Shown: positions 44,181 through 58,207, counted from the first letter of the stretch. The stretch is 64,000 nucleotides of DNA from the human T2T-CHM13v2.0 reference genome, Homo sapiens (GCF_009914755.1 NC_060948.1), one strand, 5' to 3'. Made by a program: numbers and translations. The notes: generated by a model not told the origin, from the sequence alone.

Positions 44181-45829
44181 AGAGCTAGGCTGAGTTCCTG
44201 AGTATTTTATAACAACCCAGTTGCCCAATCAAGATGCATTCCCATAAAGAGTTCTTATGGAAATTCGCTTCAGAGAGGGTGTAGGTAACCTATTTGAGTC
44301 AGGATTGAGATAGAGTTTTTTGATTATGTAAGTACTTTAAGACTTGGCTGAGTGCAAACAGCTTGCACGTTTGAGCAGACCAGTTATTAGGTAGTTCTCC
44401 TAACTCTGTTTCCACAATTACTGAATACCCATTGTGTTTTTTTTTTTTTTTTTCTCAAACACCTGGGATGAACTGTCTATCTTCCTGTCCTGAAGGGAGT
44501 TCCTCCTAGATGTGGTCGGATCTTTGTAAGGTAATTAAAATTTAAATCCTCTGTTACAAAATCTGCTGGGTTAAGAGAATTTTCAGTGGTTAATGTTAAA
44601 TCACATTTATCTACCAGAATAGCCCCATACTTTAAGATTTGTGAGTTAGTAAGTTAACTTTTTGCTTTTTTTTTTTTTTTTTGATTTAGGATAGCTCTGA
44701 ACTGGTGAGGTGTTCTCACAATGAGGTTTGCTCTAAAGGTTATTTTTCTACTTTTAGCAAAGCAGTTGCTTATACCAGCTGAATGCATTTGGCCCATCCG
44801 TACATTACTAGGTTAAGGATTTTTGATAGGAAGGCTACGGGTTGTCAGTGGTCTAAGTGTTTTCAGGCTATGCCCTTGTTTATACTGACAACAAGGTAGA
44901 ATTGGAGAGTTATAGGGTCATGGAGAAGACCTTCTATTATCAATTATAGGTTTTAAATTTAGCCTGTCTTTTAAAATAGGGCACACTGTTTTTTCTTTAC
45001 TACTTCTATCTTTCTCTTTCTCTCTTTGTCTCCCTCTTTGTCTCTCTCTCTCTCCTATCTCTCTTTCTGTCCTCTCTTTCCACTGTTTCTCTCTCTCTCT
45101 CATCGCTGTCTCTCTCTCCTTTCTGTATCTCTTTGTCTACTCTCTGTCTCTCTCTCTTTCTGTGTCTCTCTCTCATTCCTCTCTGTTTCTATCTCTCTTC
45201 TCTCTCTCTTTTCTCCTCTCTCTCTCCTTTCTCTCTTTGCAGATGGATTTTGGAAACACAGTAGAAGTACAGTTGCTTGTTGCTCCAATTTGCCACTATA
45301 GGAATATGTGCCACCCTTTAATTACTCAATTTGGGAAAGAAAGTGAAAGTCTGAAGCATTAGTATCTAGGAGGCAGGGATCAGAGGAAATAGATTCAGAG
45401 GTAATGAGAATTTTGTTGATACATTTTCAAGAAATCATGGTCAGGACCCAGGAGGTATTGGTCAGGAGAGGTAGGGGTGCATGCATGGGTGACTGCTGAG
45501 TAGAGACTTCTGGATGTGAAATGATCTTGACCAACCAATGCCAGGAGTTTGGGATGACAGTTTTCTGCCTCTAGTTGATCCTCAGCTTCCCCAGGATAAT
45601 TGTGAAAGTGGAAGCTGGTTCCAGGCAGACCAATGCTCCCAATGCAGAAGGTTGGGGGTTATTAGAAAGCCTTTTCCCCAAAAGCCTCACACCTGAGTCT
45701 TTAGTCTGGCAGCTATGCTAATTGTTTTTAACCAGCCGAGAGGTGCCCAGTATTTTCTTCCAATTCTAAGAAAGGATAGGACAAAACAGCAAGTGAAAGT
45801 GGTCTGATATTACTCGCCTCTTTGGAAAA

Positions 45830-45847
45830 GCCCCATATGGGTCACCA
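45830..45847 (-). promoter_or_regulatory. HERV-W primer-binding site, closer to tRNA-Arg than tRNA-Trp
   Basis: TGGTGACCCATATGGGGC: 15/18 to TGGCGACCCAGATGGGAC (Arg-CCG), 12/18 to TGGTGACCCCGACGTGAT (Trp); reference sequences recalled. Confidence 0.65.
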
Positions 45848-47078
45848 AATGTTACCAGTGGGTCTTTGTTCATAGAGTTCCCAGGATGGTGGGGGGCCAC
45901 TGCCAAGATGGGGCGGGCTGCTCCCAAGATGACAGCAAGCCTTTTGTTCTCTGACCTGGGTTTGTTGACCTTACAGATTCCAAGGAATGGAACTTTGGGC
46001 CATGTGGTGAGTTTTATAGCTCTATTAGAAGCCATGGGTCATGGAAGAGAACCATCAGACCCAGTGACTAGTGTTCAGCTAGATTAGGATGAACCCAGGC
46101 ACTTAGCCATGCAGAAACAATGATGAGCCTGTCGCCCAATCAGGAGTGGCAATGGGATCCTCACTGGATCAGGAGTGCTGTGAACACCCTGCTAGATCTA
46201 GGGAGATGGGATTCAGCAGTGGGTATGCAATGATAGCATTCAGTAGTGGTGGATGGTGAGCAAAAGCTCAGCTCCAGCCAGAAAACAGACCAGAAGACCG
46301 TGTACTTACAAGATTTAATAGAGTGAAAACAGAGCTCCCTTACAGTGGGAGAGGACCCAAAGGGGATTGACACCCCCACTCTAATGCTTTAGTTTGTATC
46401 CCAATAATTGTCCATCCCCTTGTGCTCTAAGGTGATATATGATTTCACTATTTCTTTACCTCCTGCTTTTGCCTAATTGGCATTTTATTGAGCCCTCTTT
46501 ACTAATTGATTGGTAAGGTGTGAGCTGAGTTACATGCCCCATGTTTAAAGGTAGGTGAAGTCACCTTCCCTAGCTAGGATTGGGAATTTCTTAATCAGCC
46601 TAGGAAATCCAGCTAGTCCTGTCTCATATTATCACAGCAAACTGGAAAGGAAAGTGCTTTTTACTGAAGATCTGAAACAAGACAATTATGTCAACTTTTA
46701 CAATTTGTATTCAACAGAGTACTGGAAGGCCCAGAAAGATCATTTATGCAAGATAAAGAAATAAAGCACATCCAAATAAAAAATTAGAACATCAAAATTT
46801 CTCTGTTTGCAGATCACATGATTGTCTCTATAGCAAACCTAAAATACTGCACTAAAAATCTTGAGAATTAATAAAAAATTCGATGAAGTGGCAGAATACC
46901 AAATTAACATACAAAAATTAGTAGAAGCAGGGTTTTTTTGAGATAGAGTCTTGCAGCAGAAGCATTTTGGTATGCCACCAATAAGTCGTCTGAAAAAAAA
47001 ATTAAAGAAAAAATATTTAGAAGAGCTATAATATATGTTTTACTTAATTTTAATTTTATGTTTGTGGAAAGGGTCACC

Positions 47079-47392
47079 TTTGTTTGTTTATTTGTTTATT
47101 TATTTATTTTTGAGACAGAGTCTTTCTCTGTCACCCAGGCTGGAGTGCAGTGGCATGATTCCGCTTCACTGGAAGCCCCACTGCCCAGGTTCACGCCACT
47201 CTCCTGCCTCATCCTCCTGAGTAGCTGGGACTACAGGTGTCCACCATCACTCCTGCCTAATGTTTTTGTATTTTTAGTAGAGACAGGGTTTCACCAGTTA
47301 GCCAGGATGGTCTCGATCTCCTTACTTCATGATCCACCCACCTCAGCCTCTGAAAGTGCTGGGATTACACGCGTGAGCCACCGCACCCAACC
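47079..47392 (-). mobile_element. AluY-like element with (TTTA/TTTG)n tail
   Basis: GTTCACGCCA, GTTAGCCAGGATGGTCTCGATCTCC. Confidence 0.92.
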
Positions 47393-47479
47393 AGTTCAAC
47401 TTTATTTGTTGTAATTCGGACATACAGCACTCTCGCTCCAACCAATTTGGTAAAAAGACTGTTTCTTTCTCATTTTGAG

Positions 47480-50400
47480 TGATAGAGACAGGAGCTAGTC
47501 AAGGGGCTTTTTCTCATTTTAAGTAATGGAGACATGGGATAGTCAAGGGAAATTTTTATTTTGAGTGATGAAGACAGGAGATAGCCAAGGGACCTATTCT
47601 CTTTTTGAGTGATGGAGACAAGAGATAGTCACAGGTCCTGGCCAAAACTCCATCTTCAAGCTTAAAACAGCCTGAAGCCTGAAAAACTGGATAGCTTGTT
47701 TCACACTCACCCTTTTCTAATCTCTTCTCACTGAGTAATATCTACCTCTACATTGGGAAAAGGAAGTGGAGACATTTAAATTCACACCTTTTGGCAGGGC
47801 AGGAGCCTGGACTTTTTCGTTGGCATGTGGTGAACTAGCGTTCATCAACCTGTGAAAAGGGGCCTATTAAAAGGAGTCCCACTCACTTTGCTGACAGGTT
47901 TCTTTCTCTTTGTTTGTTTGTATTTTTTTCTTTTTGCCCAATAAATTTTATTCTTCCCCCTTCAGTGTGTCCTTTAGCCTATTAACTCCTGATCATGTGA
48001 CAAGATCCTGGTTTTAGCTTTCCAAAAAACAAATAATAATAAAAAAAAACAAAATAAAGAAAAGAAAGAAAAAAATTTCTAAAACATTTCAGTGTCTAGA
48101 TGTGGGGCTTGAGGAGGGGTAATAGGTATACCAAAAAAAAAAAAATTATATTTTGTTTATAAGACTTTTCATCCTTGGATTTCTCCTGAGGCTAGAGGAA
48201 ACTGCACCACCTCACCCCACAAGCCCCAGGCACATCCCATGGAGAGATGTATGGTGGCCCTCACCCTTATCTCCTCTGGGATGGAAAATGCCAAGCATTC
48301 ATGGTGTCTACCCCTTCACTGGCCAAGGGATTCAGTCTCCTCTAAAAGCAATTGTTTTTCTCTCTGTTGATAAAAACCATTTGCAGAAGAATGAATATTT
48401 TCTTCCCTCCCCTACACTTTAGACTTTCATTTTTGTTTTTGTGTCTTTTATTGTTTGTATTGTCTTATGGTTGTTGTTTTTCTTCACACTGTCTGCAGTT
48501 TCCTTTTAAATAAAAGGGTTTTTTAATTTTTCTTCATAGAAAATGTTTTGCTGGGATAAGACCCCAACGATCACTGCTTATATTCTTTGTACTGTTTTAA
48601 TCGTGAAAGGGTATTTTTGAGGTTGATCTTGAGCTGTGGCCAATCTGGCATGCTTTCTATGTGATTCTCTATGATTGTTAGAAAATTGTGCAGCAGGCCT
48701 CCATCTTGTTTTATGCTTTAGAAACATGACCTGTCACCAGGTTGTAATGTTTTATTTTGGCCTCTTCAGTTTTATGATGGTGGCCCAGGTTTAATTCTGG
48801 CTTAGGGAATGTGTCTCTTCTGGTTTCACATCAGCATGTGATTTTGCTATTTGCAGATTCTCTTCCCCTTCACAAACTACCTTAACCTTTTTTTCTCTGA
48901 GCACCTGGTAAGGTATCTCTGATAAAGTTTGAAAGCCAGAAATACTGGCTACTTGGTACTTCTTGCATCAGGTAATAAGCATGTAAAAGGATTTTCTTAA
49001 AGAGTACTCAACTCAATTAAAAGTACATATCCAAATAATAGGTATGGTTAAAAGACATATTTTTCTCTTCTGGGTTTTTGTTTGGCTGGGGAAAGGATTT
49101 TTCTCAGCTAACTGAATTATTTTTCTTTATTTGGGCTTGCCACTCTCCTGCATAAATGAGAGTCCAGTAATTCTATCAGGAAAATCGCAAATAAAAAACA
49201 TATTGGCTACTGGGTTTTCGTTTGCCAGTCTGTGTAGTTATATATGTGCTATGTGAGTGACATCTATAAAGAAGAGCTCTAATAAATTCACTTAAAGAAT
49301 GATAAGACCTTGGATCAAACATTTTCTGAAGGGAAGATAAAAGCTATATACCTTTAAGTTCACATGATTTTCATCTTAGAGACATAAAAACAGCCTTAAA
49401 GATGATAAAAAAAACAACAACACAAATGTCATCAATGTATGAGTAGGTGCACTAAATTATGCAGGTCAGATACTAGGCTTGCTAAATATTTTAAGGTTAT
49501 AAACTGATTTTTTGGTTTTAGAGAACAGTTCAACTTTGCTTTACAATTGGTAAGGCCTGAGAACAAATGGAATTAACCACACCCTTAAGCTGAAAGGAGA
49601 CAAAACCTTGGCTGCACTTAGTACATAATAACAACAATTTACCTGGCATTACATTAAAGTTAAAATTACTAGAATTTGCCATTACAACATGTAATCAAAA
49701 CCAATGGAAATATATTTACAAATGACTTAGATTATAAGAAGTCATGGTAATATAAATTCTTGGCTAGGCTTGAACAATTGTTTTGAAATAGATAAAATGA
49801 AGTTAACAGTTCAAACAAATTGTAGAAGTATTGTAAAACTAAATGATGACAAAGAAATTCTTCATGTGAACATTAATTAAATTCTAAAGGTATTATATGG
49901 AGATTTTGTAAATTAAACATTGAAATAAAAACAGCACAGTAGTCTTAATGCAATAATCTGCTCTTTAGCATAATTTTTGAAGAATTATTAAAAGTTTCTG
50001 CTTTTTACATTTCTAAGTCATCGTTTTGGTTAAATAAGTTATTTATGATAATCTGGAATTTTATTTCATAACATTAAGTGTTTTAAACCACTAACATGTA
50101 ACATGCTTCTCAAAATCAATGTTTGTTATAAAATTGTCATTCTGAATTTCTGGCTTTTAGATGATACAGAGGGCCCATGGAGTATCCACAAGAGAGGCAA
50201 ACAGGATTATATGACATGATTAGTTACATTAAATTGACAAAATGGTGTTCAATATTCTTTAGATGATGTTTTGGTGAGTAATGCTAGTACATGTTTTAAA
50301 ACTGTTTGGGATTTCTAAAATTCTAATATCTGAAGTATATGCTATCAACCACAATTAAAGTTGTTATGTTAAGTTGTTGGAACCACAGAAATAAACAATT

Positions 50401-53400
50401 TTTTTTTGTCAAAGAAATAGCCAAAATATTTTATCAATCATGTTTCTTACTGTAATTACCCTAGACATTTGTTATACACAGATAGTTCTTTTCCTGTTTT
50501 GATTTTTTTCAAAAAAAGGATGAATCAGCTATAGAACTTTGCACAGATGCTCTCAAATACAGGTTTCTGATAACTTTGTAGATTTACATAAAAGTTAAAT
50601 TAAAGTTAAAGTCAAATTAATTAAATTTGAAGTTAAAGTAAAATTAAAGTTAAAATTAAAGATTGTGATATTAGAAAACAGAAAAAATGTACAGGACTCA
50701 TGGAGAGCTAAAATGTTCATGATTATGAAACAAAACAAGAGTTAACTGAACAGACTGGAAGAATAGAGAACCAAAATAATCTTTCTCACTTTTGCTTGTA
50801 CCATTAATGATCATTGTATTGTTTATCATAGTCAAGGAAACATATTTTGAGTTTCTTATAGCCTTTAATGTTTGACTAAGTTGTACTCTTGTGACCAAAA
50901 TTTAGAGCATGTTTTTCTCTCTCTGCCTGGCTTCTGCACAATTTGAAAAATAGTTGTGACTATTTTTAACTTTAGACAATGTATCTATTTGCATCAGTGC
51001 CATAATAATAACTTTTCTTTTACAACAGGACACAACTAAAAAAACTGATTGTTTTACCAAAGCCGTGACTAAAATGGTCTGCTTTCCTTTAAGGAGTCAA
51101 GTTCTACTTGCAGAGCCAATGAAAGTCCCTTGGAAGAACTGGGCTTATACCTTGTCTTCACAGTCCTTGCACAGGGTTCCTGATCTGTGGTAAGTAAAGA
51201 ATGAAACTTTCTGACAGGCCCAGTAGCTCCAAGTTTCTCTTGGGATCATAGCAGGAGATTACCCAAGTCATAATTAATTGATGATACAAGCCAATTGCTT
51301 GGCATGAATTTTGAAAGTCCTATCGGAAATTTCTTCTGGAACAGAGTTCCATCAAATCTAACATAAAAGACCTACGGATACAAAATTATTCTTGCTGCAC
51401 TTTATGCAAATAATTAGGCCCTATATAAGACTAAAGTTTATTTCACAAACAAATCAGTCCTATTGTGATTTGTCTTTTTAAATTAGAGGACTGGACAGAG
51501 AAAGATTATGTATCAAAACTCACTATGCATTTGTCATTAAATTTTAAAACCATGAGTTTGAATTTTTGCCCACATTTTAGATCAACCATGCTTGTTCCTG
51601 TGAAATAACTTGCAATCTTCAACTGCAGCTCAGAAGAAACAAAAAGGGATGAGTAATGTAAAAGTCTGGTTTAATATTCTGGTTCTGGGCAGTTATCCTG
51701 CAAATTTTTCAGGTAGTGAAAATAAATAGGATGCCCACCCACATCTTAGCAAGTTTAACTATTGTCACTAGTTATCTGGGTTTGTCACAAGACATTTTTA
51801 TTTTCTCTTCCTGTGGAAAGAGGACTAAATTCCACAACTTTATCTTAGCATTCAGCTATTAATAAGGAGTCCGTGCAATCCCCTGAGAAACATTTTTGTC
51901 CCAACCTCAATTCCTAGCCTCAAGTTGAAGTCCTAAGAAAGTATACTGGAGCTGAGAAACCCAGAAGTAGATGATTATGGGGGTTAAAATTCACAGTGGA
52001 GGAGAGCATGACTAATTCCAGTGGATTAAGCCAAGCCTCACATTTCATGGATAAAGGTCATGATACTATCTGTTACGTAAATGAGATCTAGTGAACTCCA
52101 GAACTACTGACAGCAGGGGAGATATGACATATGTAGGTAACAGCAGATATTTCCACCCCCAACAGGGGTCCATGTTAACATGAGTGAAAGCTGCTTTGAC
52201 ATCCATGGGTTGCACCCTATCACAATCACTGGGATTTGAGGATACAAGGATGCAAGGGGGAAAGACAACATTCCTTCTTCTATCTCTCAACATACACTGG
52301 ATATTTGGTAGAAAGATAAAGGAATCAGGAATACCTTCTCTCTCTTTCTAGATGTGTAGTCATTCATTTTCAGTCTATATTCCTTTTAAATGCATCCTAA
52401 AATTTTGGGCCTCCTTTGAAAAAGTGCTTACTTTTTACCTTTTTTTCTCCTCTGTCCTCTGTTTATAGACAGGTATTCATGTCTTTATACTACGGGACAG
52501 TCACCTCAGATGCATCCTAGAAGTTTGGAATAGTTAATTTCCCAAAGCTTAGACTGGTTGGCTTAGCTTAGGATTGGACTCAGGACAGAGGAACACAGAA
52601 GCCAGACATGCTTGCAAAAGGGTAAAAAAAAAAAAAAGTTTCTTTTGAAGTTGTGCTTTCATTGCCCTTCTTCCTGTGCAAACTGGAAAAAATATCTTGG
52701 AATTTTTGCGCTGTACTTTACACCTTCTCCTTGTTTCATTTTAATGCATGTTTTTTAATAACCCAGTTTGATTCTTCTCACATTTAGGCTACCAAACTTC
52801 TGACACTCATGCCACCAGAGGCTCAGACAAGTCCCCTTTCACTAGAGACATTTAGGTAGGGATTTTAGGAAAAACTGACTGCTGGTTTTCCAAAACAGTG
52901 CCCCCTGTTAGCAGGAAGCTCTTAAAAGTGGTGTTTGTCCTGATCCTTCTCCTTATTCTAATGGCAGTTAGATATACCTCTTTATATGGGGAACTTACAG
53001 AGTTAGAAAACAGCCAAATGGTCCTGGGTGAAACCCCACCTTCAAGCCTAAAACACCATAATGACTGAAAAATCAGACTGCTTCTCCTGGAGGAAGCCAC
53101 CCTTTTTTCAACCAATTCATTCTGAATAATGTCCACCTCCACAATGGGGGAAGTGATTGGAGCCATGGAGCCACGGAGTGTTCACTCTTGTTCAAGGAGA
53201 AGACTGGCCTCTGCAGTTCTTGTGTTACAGTTTAGTGTTAATCTACCTGGAAGGTGGGGCCTCCTCCTAGGACTCCCACTCACTTTGTTGACAGTTTATG
53301 TTTTCTTCTTTTTATCTTTTTACCCAATCAACTCTACTCCTCATCCTTCAGAGTATCCCTGAGCCTCATCTTCCACAGTCATGTGAGAAGAACCCAATTT

Positions 53401-53429
53401 TGCTGAAGTGAGGAGAAAGTTCTGCAAAA
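47480..53429 (+). mobile_element. MER61-like (MER4-group, ERV1) non-autonomous provirus; LTRs ~47610-48086 and ~52994-53429
   Basis: Both ends share GGTCCTG..AAAC.CCA.CTTCAAGC.TAAAACA and CCCAAT...CC.TTCAG.GT.TCC..AGCCT...CATGTGA.AAGA.CC; TGAG 4-bp TSD; non-coding AT-rich internal region; family assigned from recalled consensus. Confidence 0.72.
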
Positions 53430-53650
53430 TGAGGATTGTGAATCCTCATTTATGGTAAGCTGAGTATAAGCATGTGGATTTCTTTCTGGCTTCTCTTACT
53501 GGTTTCAACAATTATTTTTCTGTCTTTATGCCATCACCACACAATTTTGACTAATGTAACTTTGCAATATGTTTGGAAATACAAAACAATTATTCCTCTG
53601 AGATTTTTTTTAGGTTGTTTTCTTTCTTGTGGTTTTTTTGAGTGTTTATA

Positions 53651-53920
53651 GGGCAATATTTGTTGGCTCACTCCTGTAAATCCAGAACTTTGGGAAGCCA
53701 AGGTAGGTAGATTGCTTGAGTCCAGGAGTTTGAGACCAGCCTGGGAAATATAGTGAAACCCTGTCTCTTAAAAAAAAAAAAATACAAAAACTTTCTGAGC
53801 TTACTGGCGTTCACCTGCAGTTTCAGCACTTCTGAAGCTGTGGTGGGAGAATCAATTGAGCTTTAGACTTCAAGGATACAGTGAGCAATGATTATGACAC
53901 TACAGCCTGAGTGACACAGG
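53651..53920 (+). mobile_element. AluJ-like element
   Basis: GATTGCTTGAGTCCAGGAGTTTGAGACCAGCCTGGG; diverged right arm. Confidence 0.85.
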
Positions 53921-54309
53921 TAAATATTGATTCAAACATTTTATCATAATTTAGTATTTCTGCAAAAATTATCATTGTTTAAAGAGTTCTCACTGATGTG
54001 TAGATCACTTTGTATATCATTAATATCTAAAAATCTTGCATGTTCTAACTCTTGAAAAATAGTATGGTAAAGAATATATCTATTTTTCAAATACATGCAA
54101 ACATGCTAGTTTTGTTTTAACTTCCAGTTATATTTTACTGTAGTCAGAAATAATACTTTTTGTGAATACCATCTGTTTAAATATGCTAAAAATAGTATGC
54201 TACCTTAGAAGTTTGCCTATTTTAGAAAAGGTGTCATATGCAATTAGTAGTGTTATGTATTATGCTATTGTTGGGTAAAGTGTTTTGTAGATTAACTTAA
54301 CATCTCATT

Positions 54310-54785
54310 TCTCTGTTCAACATTTTTATTTCTTTGTGCATTTGTCATCTTTATTTTGTTTCTCTTTATTTTTATTTATTTTCATTTTTTCTGTTAATTT
54401 AATTTATATTATTTCTCGTTATATTCTCTTCATCTCCAATATACTCCAAGTTGTATCTTGTTTGTAGCAGTTTAATTTTATATTGTTACTTTTATTTATT
54501 TCTCTTCATATTCCTTCATATTAATTTTTCTTATTTAATTTTTATTTTTTCTTTATTCTGAAAATTTTTACTGCAAATTATTTCATTTCTGTTTATTTCT
54601 TTTTTGTATTTATTGTTTATCTTAATCTTAATTTTTATCTCACTGATTTAATTGCATTTCTCATTATTTTTCTCTATTTTATTTCAGTTTATTTTATTTG
54701 TCCTTACATTTTTCACTTATTTTACATTTATTTTTATATTTTATTTCTCTTGATTTTTCTTATGTATTTTTCTATATTTTGCTTT
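54310..54785. repeat. T-rich low-complexity tract
   Basis: Long degenerate TTTATT/TTTCT sequence. Confidence 0.8.
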
Positions 54786-55198
54786 GTAAAACAGAAGAGA
54801 TGAGATATTTTAGATTGGCCCAGCCATAGCAGTCAAGACTCGTGTTTGCTGGGGCTCTCTGACAGCTACTGTACCCTAGGAGTCTTCAATGAAAAGTATG
54901 ATCAGGGCATCCTAGCAAGACTGCTAAGATCCCTGGACAGATCTTCCATTGCTACAGGCCCATCTAGCATTCAGTGTCATGGGTCATTTCTGCTGCTTTC
55001 AGAAGGCCCCTGCAAGCCTCAGTGTTGCTAGGCCAAAGCCCTGACTGCCTCTTTGTTTGTGTCCCAATGGATCCCCCACACATAATCCAGGATCCTGACT
55101 GTTCTTTCTTTTTTCCCAGAACAGGGTCACACCCACTCCACTCCACATCAGAGCATATCTAGACCATAAGTGTGTCTTTGTGTTTTTAAAAAGAGTAT

Positions 55199-55474
<276 letters not shown>

Positions 55475-56379
55475 TGATTTTTTTTAATATATGTTCACTT
55501 GACATATAACTGATTTATTGTGAAAATATCAGCTTTATTGGTAGATACACATGCAAATTTCTGCAAAAATGCTAATGATGTTAGGAGATGACATTTCTAC
55601 ATTTCATCTGATGATTTCATGGTGTTGCTATTTTACTTTTTCCGGTCTTTATCTCTATATTTTCAATGGGAAAATCCTCAATGAAGAATCCTCAGTATGA
55701 TAGACAAAATGTTGTTTAATTGATCATTGATAGACGCAATGAGTTAACTTCTGGTTTTTACTTGGAGTTCTTACAGCTAGGATTAAAAACTCTTGGTTGT
55801 ATACTCACACGATGAGGAGTTATACTATGCTGTCCTCTTCTATACATTTGTCTGCTGTCACAACTTTTCGAACTTGCCAACGGAAATTGAGGAAAATTGT
55901 TTCCCTCAGACTTACTCATTTCCCTTTAGTAAATTTTAAAGTGGTGCATTATTTAGATTTCTTATAAGCTCATAATCACAGAGGCCATATTTGTCAATAG
56001 AAAGATTTCTTGCATCAGGATTAAGTAAAGGTGTTTAACAATCATGGCTTATGGTTCCTCCAGAGGCAAAATGGAGCTTAAAAACCATTACTGAAACAAA
56101 AAAGTAATAAAAGAAGTTGAGGGCTGCCCAGAGGATAAAGAAAAAAATGCTCCCTTTTACTTCCCAAGTGGTCACTGCTTATTTTGGCATTAATCTTGCT
56201 TCTGACCATGATGTGTTTCTTACTGATCTTTCTTGGTATTCCACTGATTGTGCATCTATAAAAAGAGGCCTGGATGAAAGTAGTAAAAAGAACAACTGCA
56301 TCCTTCTATAGCTGATACCTTGTTGAGCTGTGAAGCACATTGAGCAGAGTCTGAAATCCTTCCTCACTATGGGGTAAGT

Positions 56380-56838
56380 TGTGTCAAACTCAACACCAAT
56401 TGAAATGGCACAAGGATCAAGATGCCAAAGAAGAGACTCAGAACCAGTACATGAGATATGGACTTTTAGTGGAAACTTCTATAGAGGGCAGAAAGTACAG
56501 TGTCAATGGGCTTAACTGAATAACTGTGCCCACTTGCAAAAAGTCTGCAGTTTGTATAGCCTTTTTATCTGGCACTTTTTTCCTGAAGAAACTTTCACCT
56601 GTCAGCCTTCATTTAACAAAAATGGAATAGCCTCAATTCCATGTGTGGCCTGTGTTCCATGTCACAAGATGAGACAGAACAGATGCTCAGACATTCCTTA
56701 TAGATAAATAGTAATCTCCAGGTTGACTACAACTAGACTTTTTAGCACTGGAACTATGAACAATCAAAAGCATTTATTTATGCAGGGTCAGTATCCAGGT
56801 ATTCCCAAGTCAACACTGTCAGTTTTGTCCATCATACA
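56380..56838 (-). mobile_element. Old solo LTR, MER54/MER74-like (ERVL)
   Basis: Minus strand starts TGTATGATGGACAAAACTGACAG...GAATACCTG; plus strand AAGAAGAGACTCAGAACCAGTACATGAGATATGG resembles the recalled family consensus. Confidence 0.55.
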
Positions 56839-58114
56839 GGCTGGGTCAGGCTGTGGAGTTTCTTCTTCCTGAGATTCTAGATTCAAAATAGTTTTTGCTT
56901 TTACTTGAATTTTTGAGTTGACAGGAGTTTATCTAAAAGGCCTGATGTATGTGAACTTTGCAGGTACAGTTGTATAAGTTAATGCGATGACTTTTTAGTT
57001 GGTAGAGTTTCTGTCTGTTACAGGTGTGACTGTGTGTTTACAGGTTGCTGAGGTGACCTTCTCCAGATTTTCATTGGACCGTGACATTCTGGAGCCCCAG
57101 TTCCACTATTTTCCAAGGTGGGACATGCTGAACCAGACCCTGAAATTGTGGTTCAGTGTGACCAGGCTGAGACTGACCTTTAAAAGAAAGAACTGCAAAG
57201 TTGGTGTCTTATTTTCCTTGTCATTCCAGTGTATCTTTTGGTAAAGAGACCAGAAAAGACTACTTTGGTATGGAGACCAGAAAAGAGAGAGTATGTGACA
57301 GCCCTCCTCATAGAGTGGTACTATTTATTCATGACTCCAAAGCGTCAAGAAAAGTTGAGAGAACTGTCTTCCTGGCACAGCCTGAGTAGGCTAGAGCACT
57401 GTGACCCTTAATACTTAGTTCATGTATTCTTCACAGAAATTAAAAAAAATAGTATATGGGGGTAGAGAAATGGTTGGTACAAATAACAAGTTGCAGGTGA
57501 AATAATTGGAGACAGGAAGAGAATGGAATCTGCTTACACCAGTACACATACTGCCTAGGTGCTGCTGAACAGTCAAGTCAGTTCTCTGATTTGAGCCTTG
57601 TGTCTTGGAATTAACAGGCCCACTTCTGCTCTGGCCTGAGTGCTAAACTTTTTTGTTCTAGAATCAAATGTGAATTCTGGACTCTGGAATTCCAGTTGCG
57701 TTTCACAGGCCAGTGGATTAAGGAGGCCCAAATCAGCCCACAAAAGGGGTTGTGGATGGCTCTACCACAAATGACTGGTTGCTTTTGTGCCTACACTCAT
57801 GAAGAAGAGGCATCATCTTCCTCAAGGCAAGCCCAGAGAGATCTGAAGCGTACAGGTGCCAGTGAAGGAAAAAGGTAATGCCTCAGGCCATTGCTTTTGC
57901 CCCTCCTGTGTTGTGTCTTTGGAGGCTCTATTTGCTCATCCAAAAATGGGCAATGAAAGCCCCTCGGTGACTGGCTGCTCACCCCACATTTACCAGGCCA
58001 CTGCAGAGTGCCCACCCTGCAGCTCTAGGTACATCCTCTGCTTCAAAAAGCTGGGGAAACTCTGGGCTGAGTTAATAGCCCTGAGAGGGTTCTCCCACTC
58101 TGGGAGCACTCCTG

Positions 58115-58207
58115 CCCGCCCCTTTATATCCACGTGACAGCTGAGCATGTCTGCTATATGCCAACCTTATTGTCTGCTTTTGCCAAGCCCAGGGCTTCAC
58201 TGATTGG
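58115..58207 (-). promoter_or_regulatory. Putative Pol II core promoter (CCAAT, E-box, TATA, GC box)
   Basis: Minus strand: CCAATCA (58207-58201), GTCACGTG (58138-58131), TATAAA (58128-58123), GGGGCGGG (58122-58115); candidate donors GTAAAT (57993) and GTGAGC (57982) downstream. Confidence 0.45.

Larger units (their letters stand above)
40010..46626 (-). mobile_element. HERV-W (HERV17) provirus with both LTR17s (5' 45850-46626, 3' 40010-40795), multiply deleted and defective
   Basis: LTRs start TGAGACAGGACTAGCTGGATTTCCTAGG / TGACAGATAGGACAAGCTGGATATCC; PBS 45830-45847; AG-rich leader 45005-45240; gag remnant ~43730-42700; RT motifs [12 protein letters not shown] and LQYVEELLLA; env tail SSRIEAVK...SDVNDIKGTTPEEISTAQPLL; PPT at ~40796-40810. 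Confidence 0.93.

Noticed and set aside
50588-50660. (TAAAGT/TAAAAT)n degenerate repeat in the ERV internal region
   Set aside because: Ordinary low-complexity expansion
55480-57900. Possible TRIM60-like pseudogene, often adjacent to ZNF736P copies
   Set aside because: No RING, B-box or SPRY motif recognisable in the provided ORFs or by reading either strand
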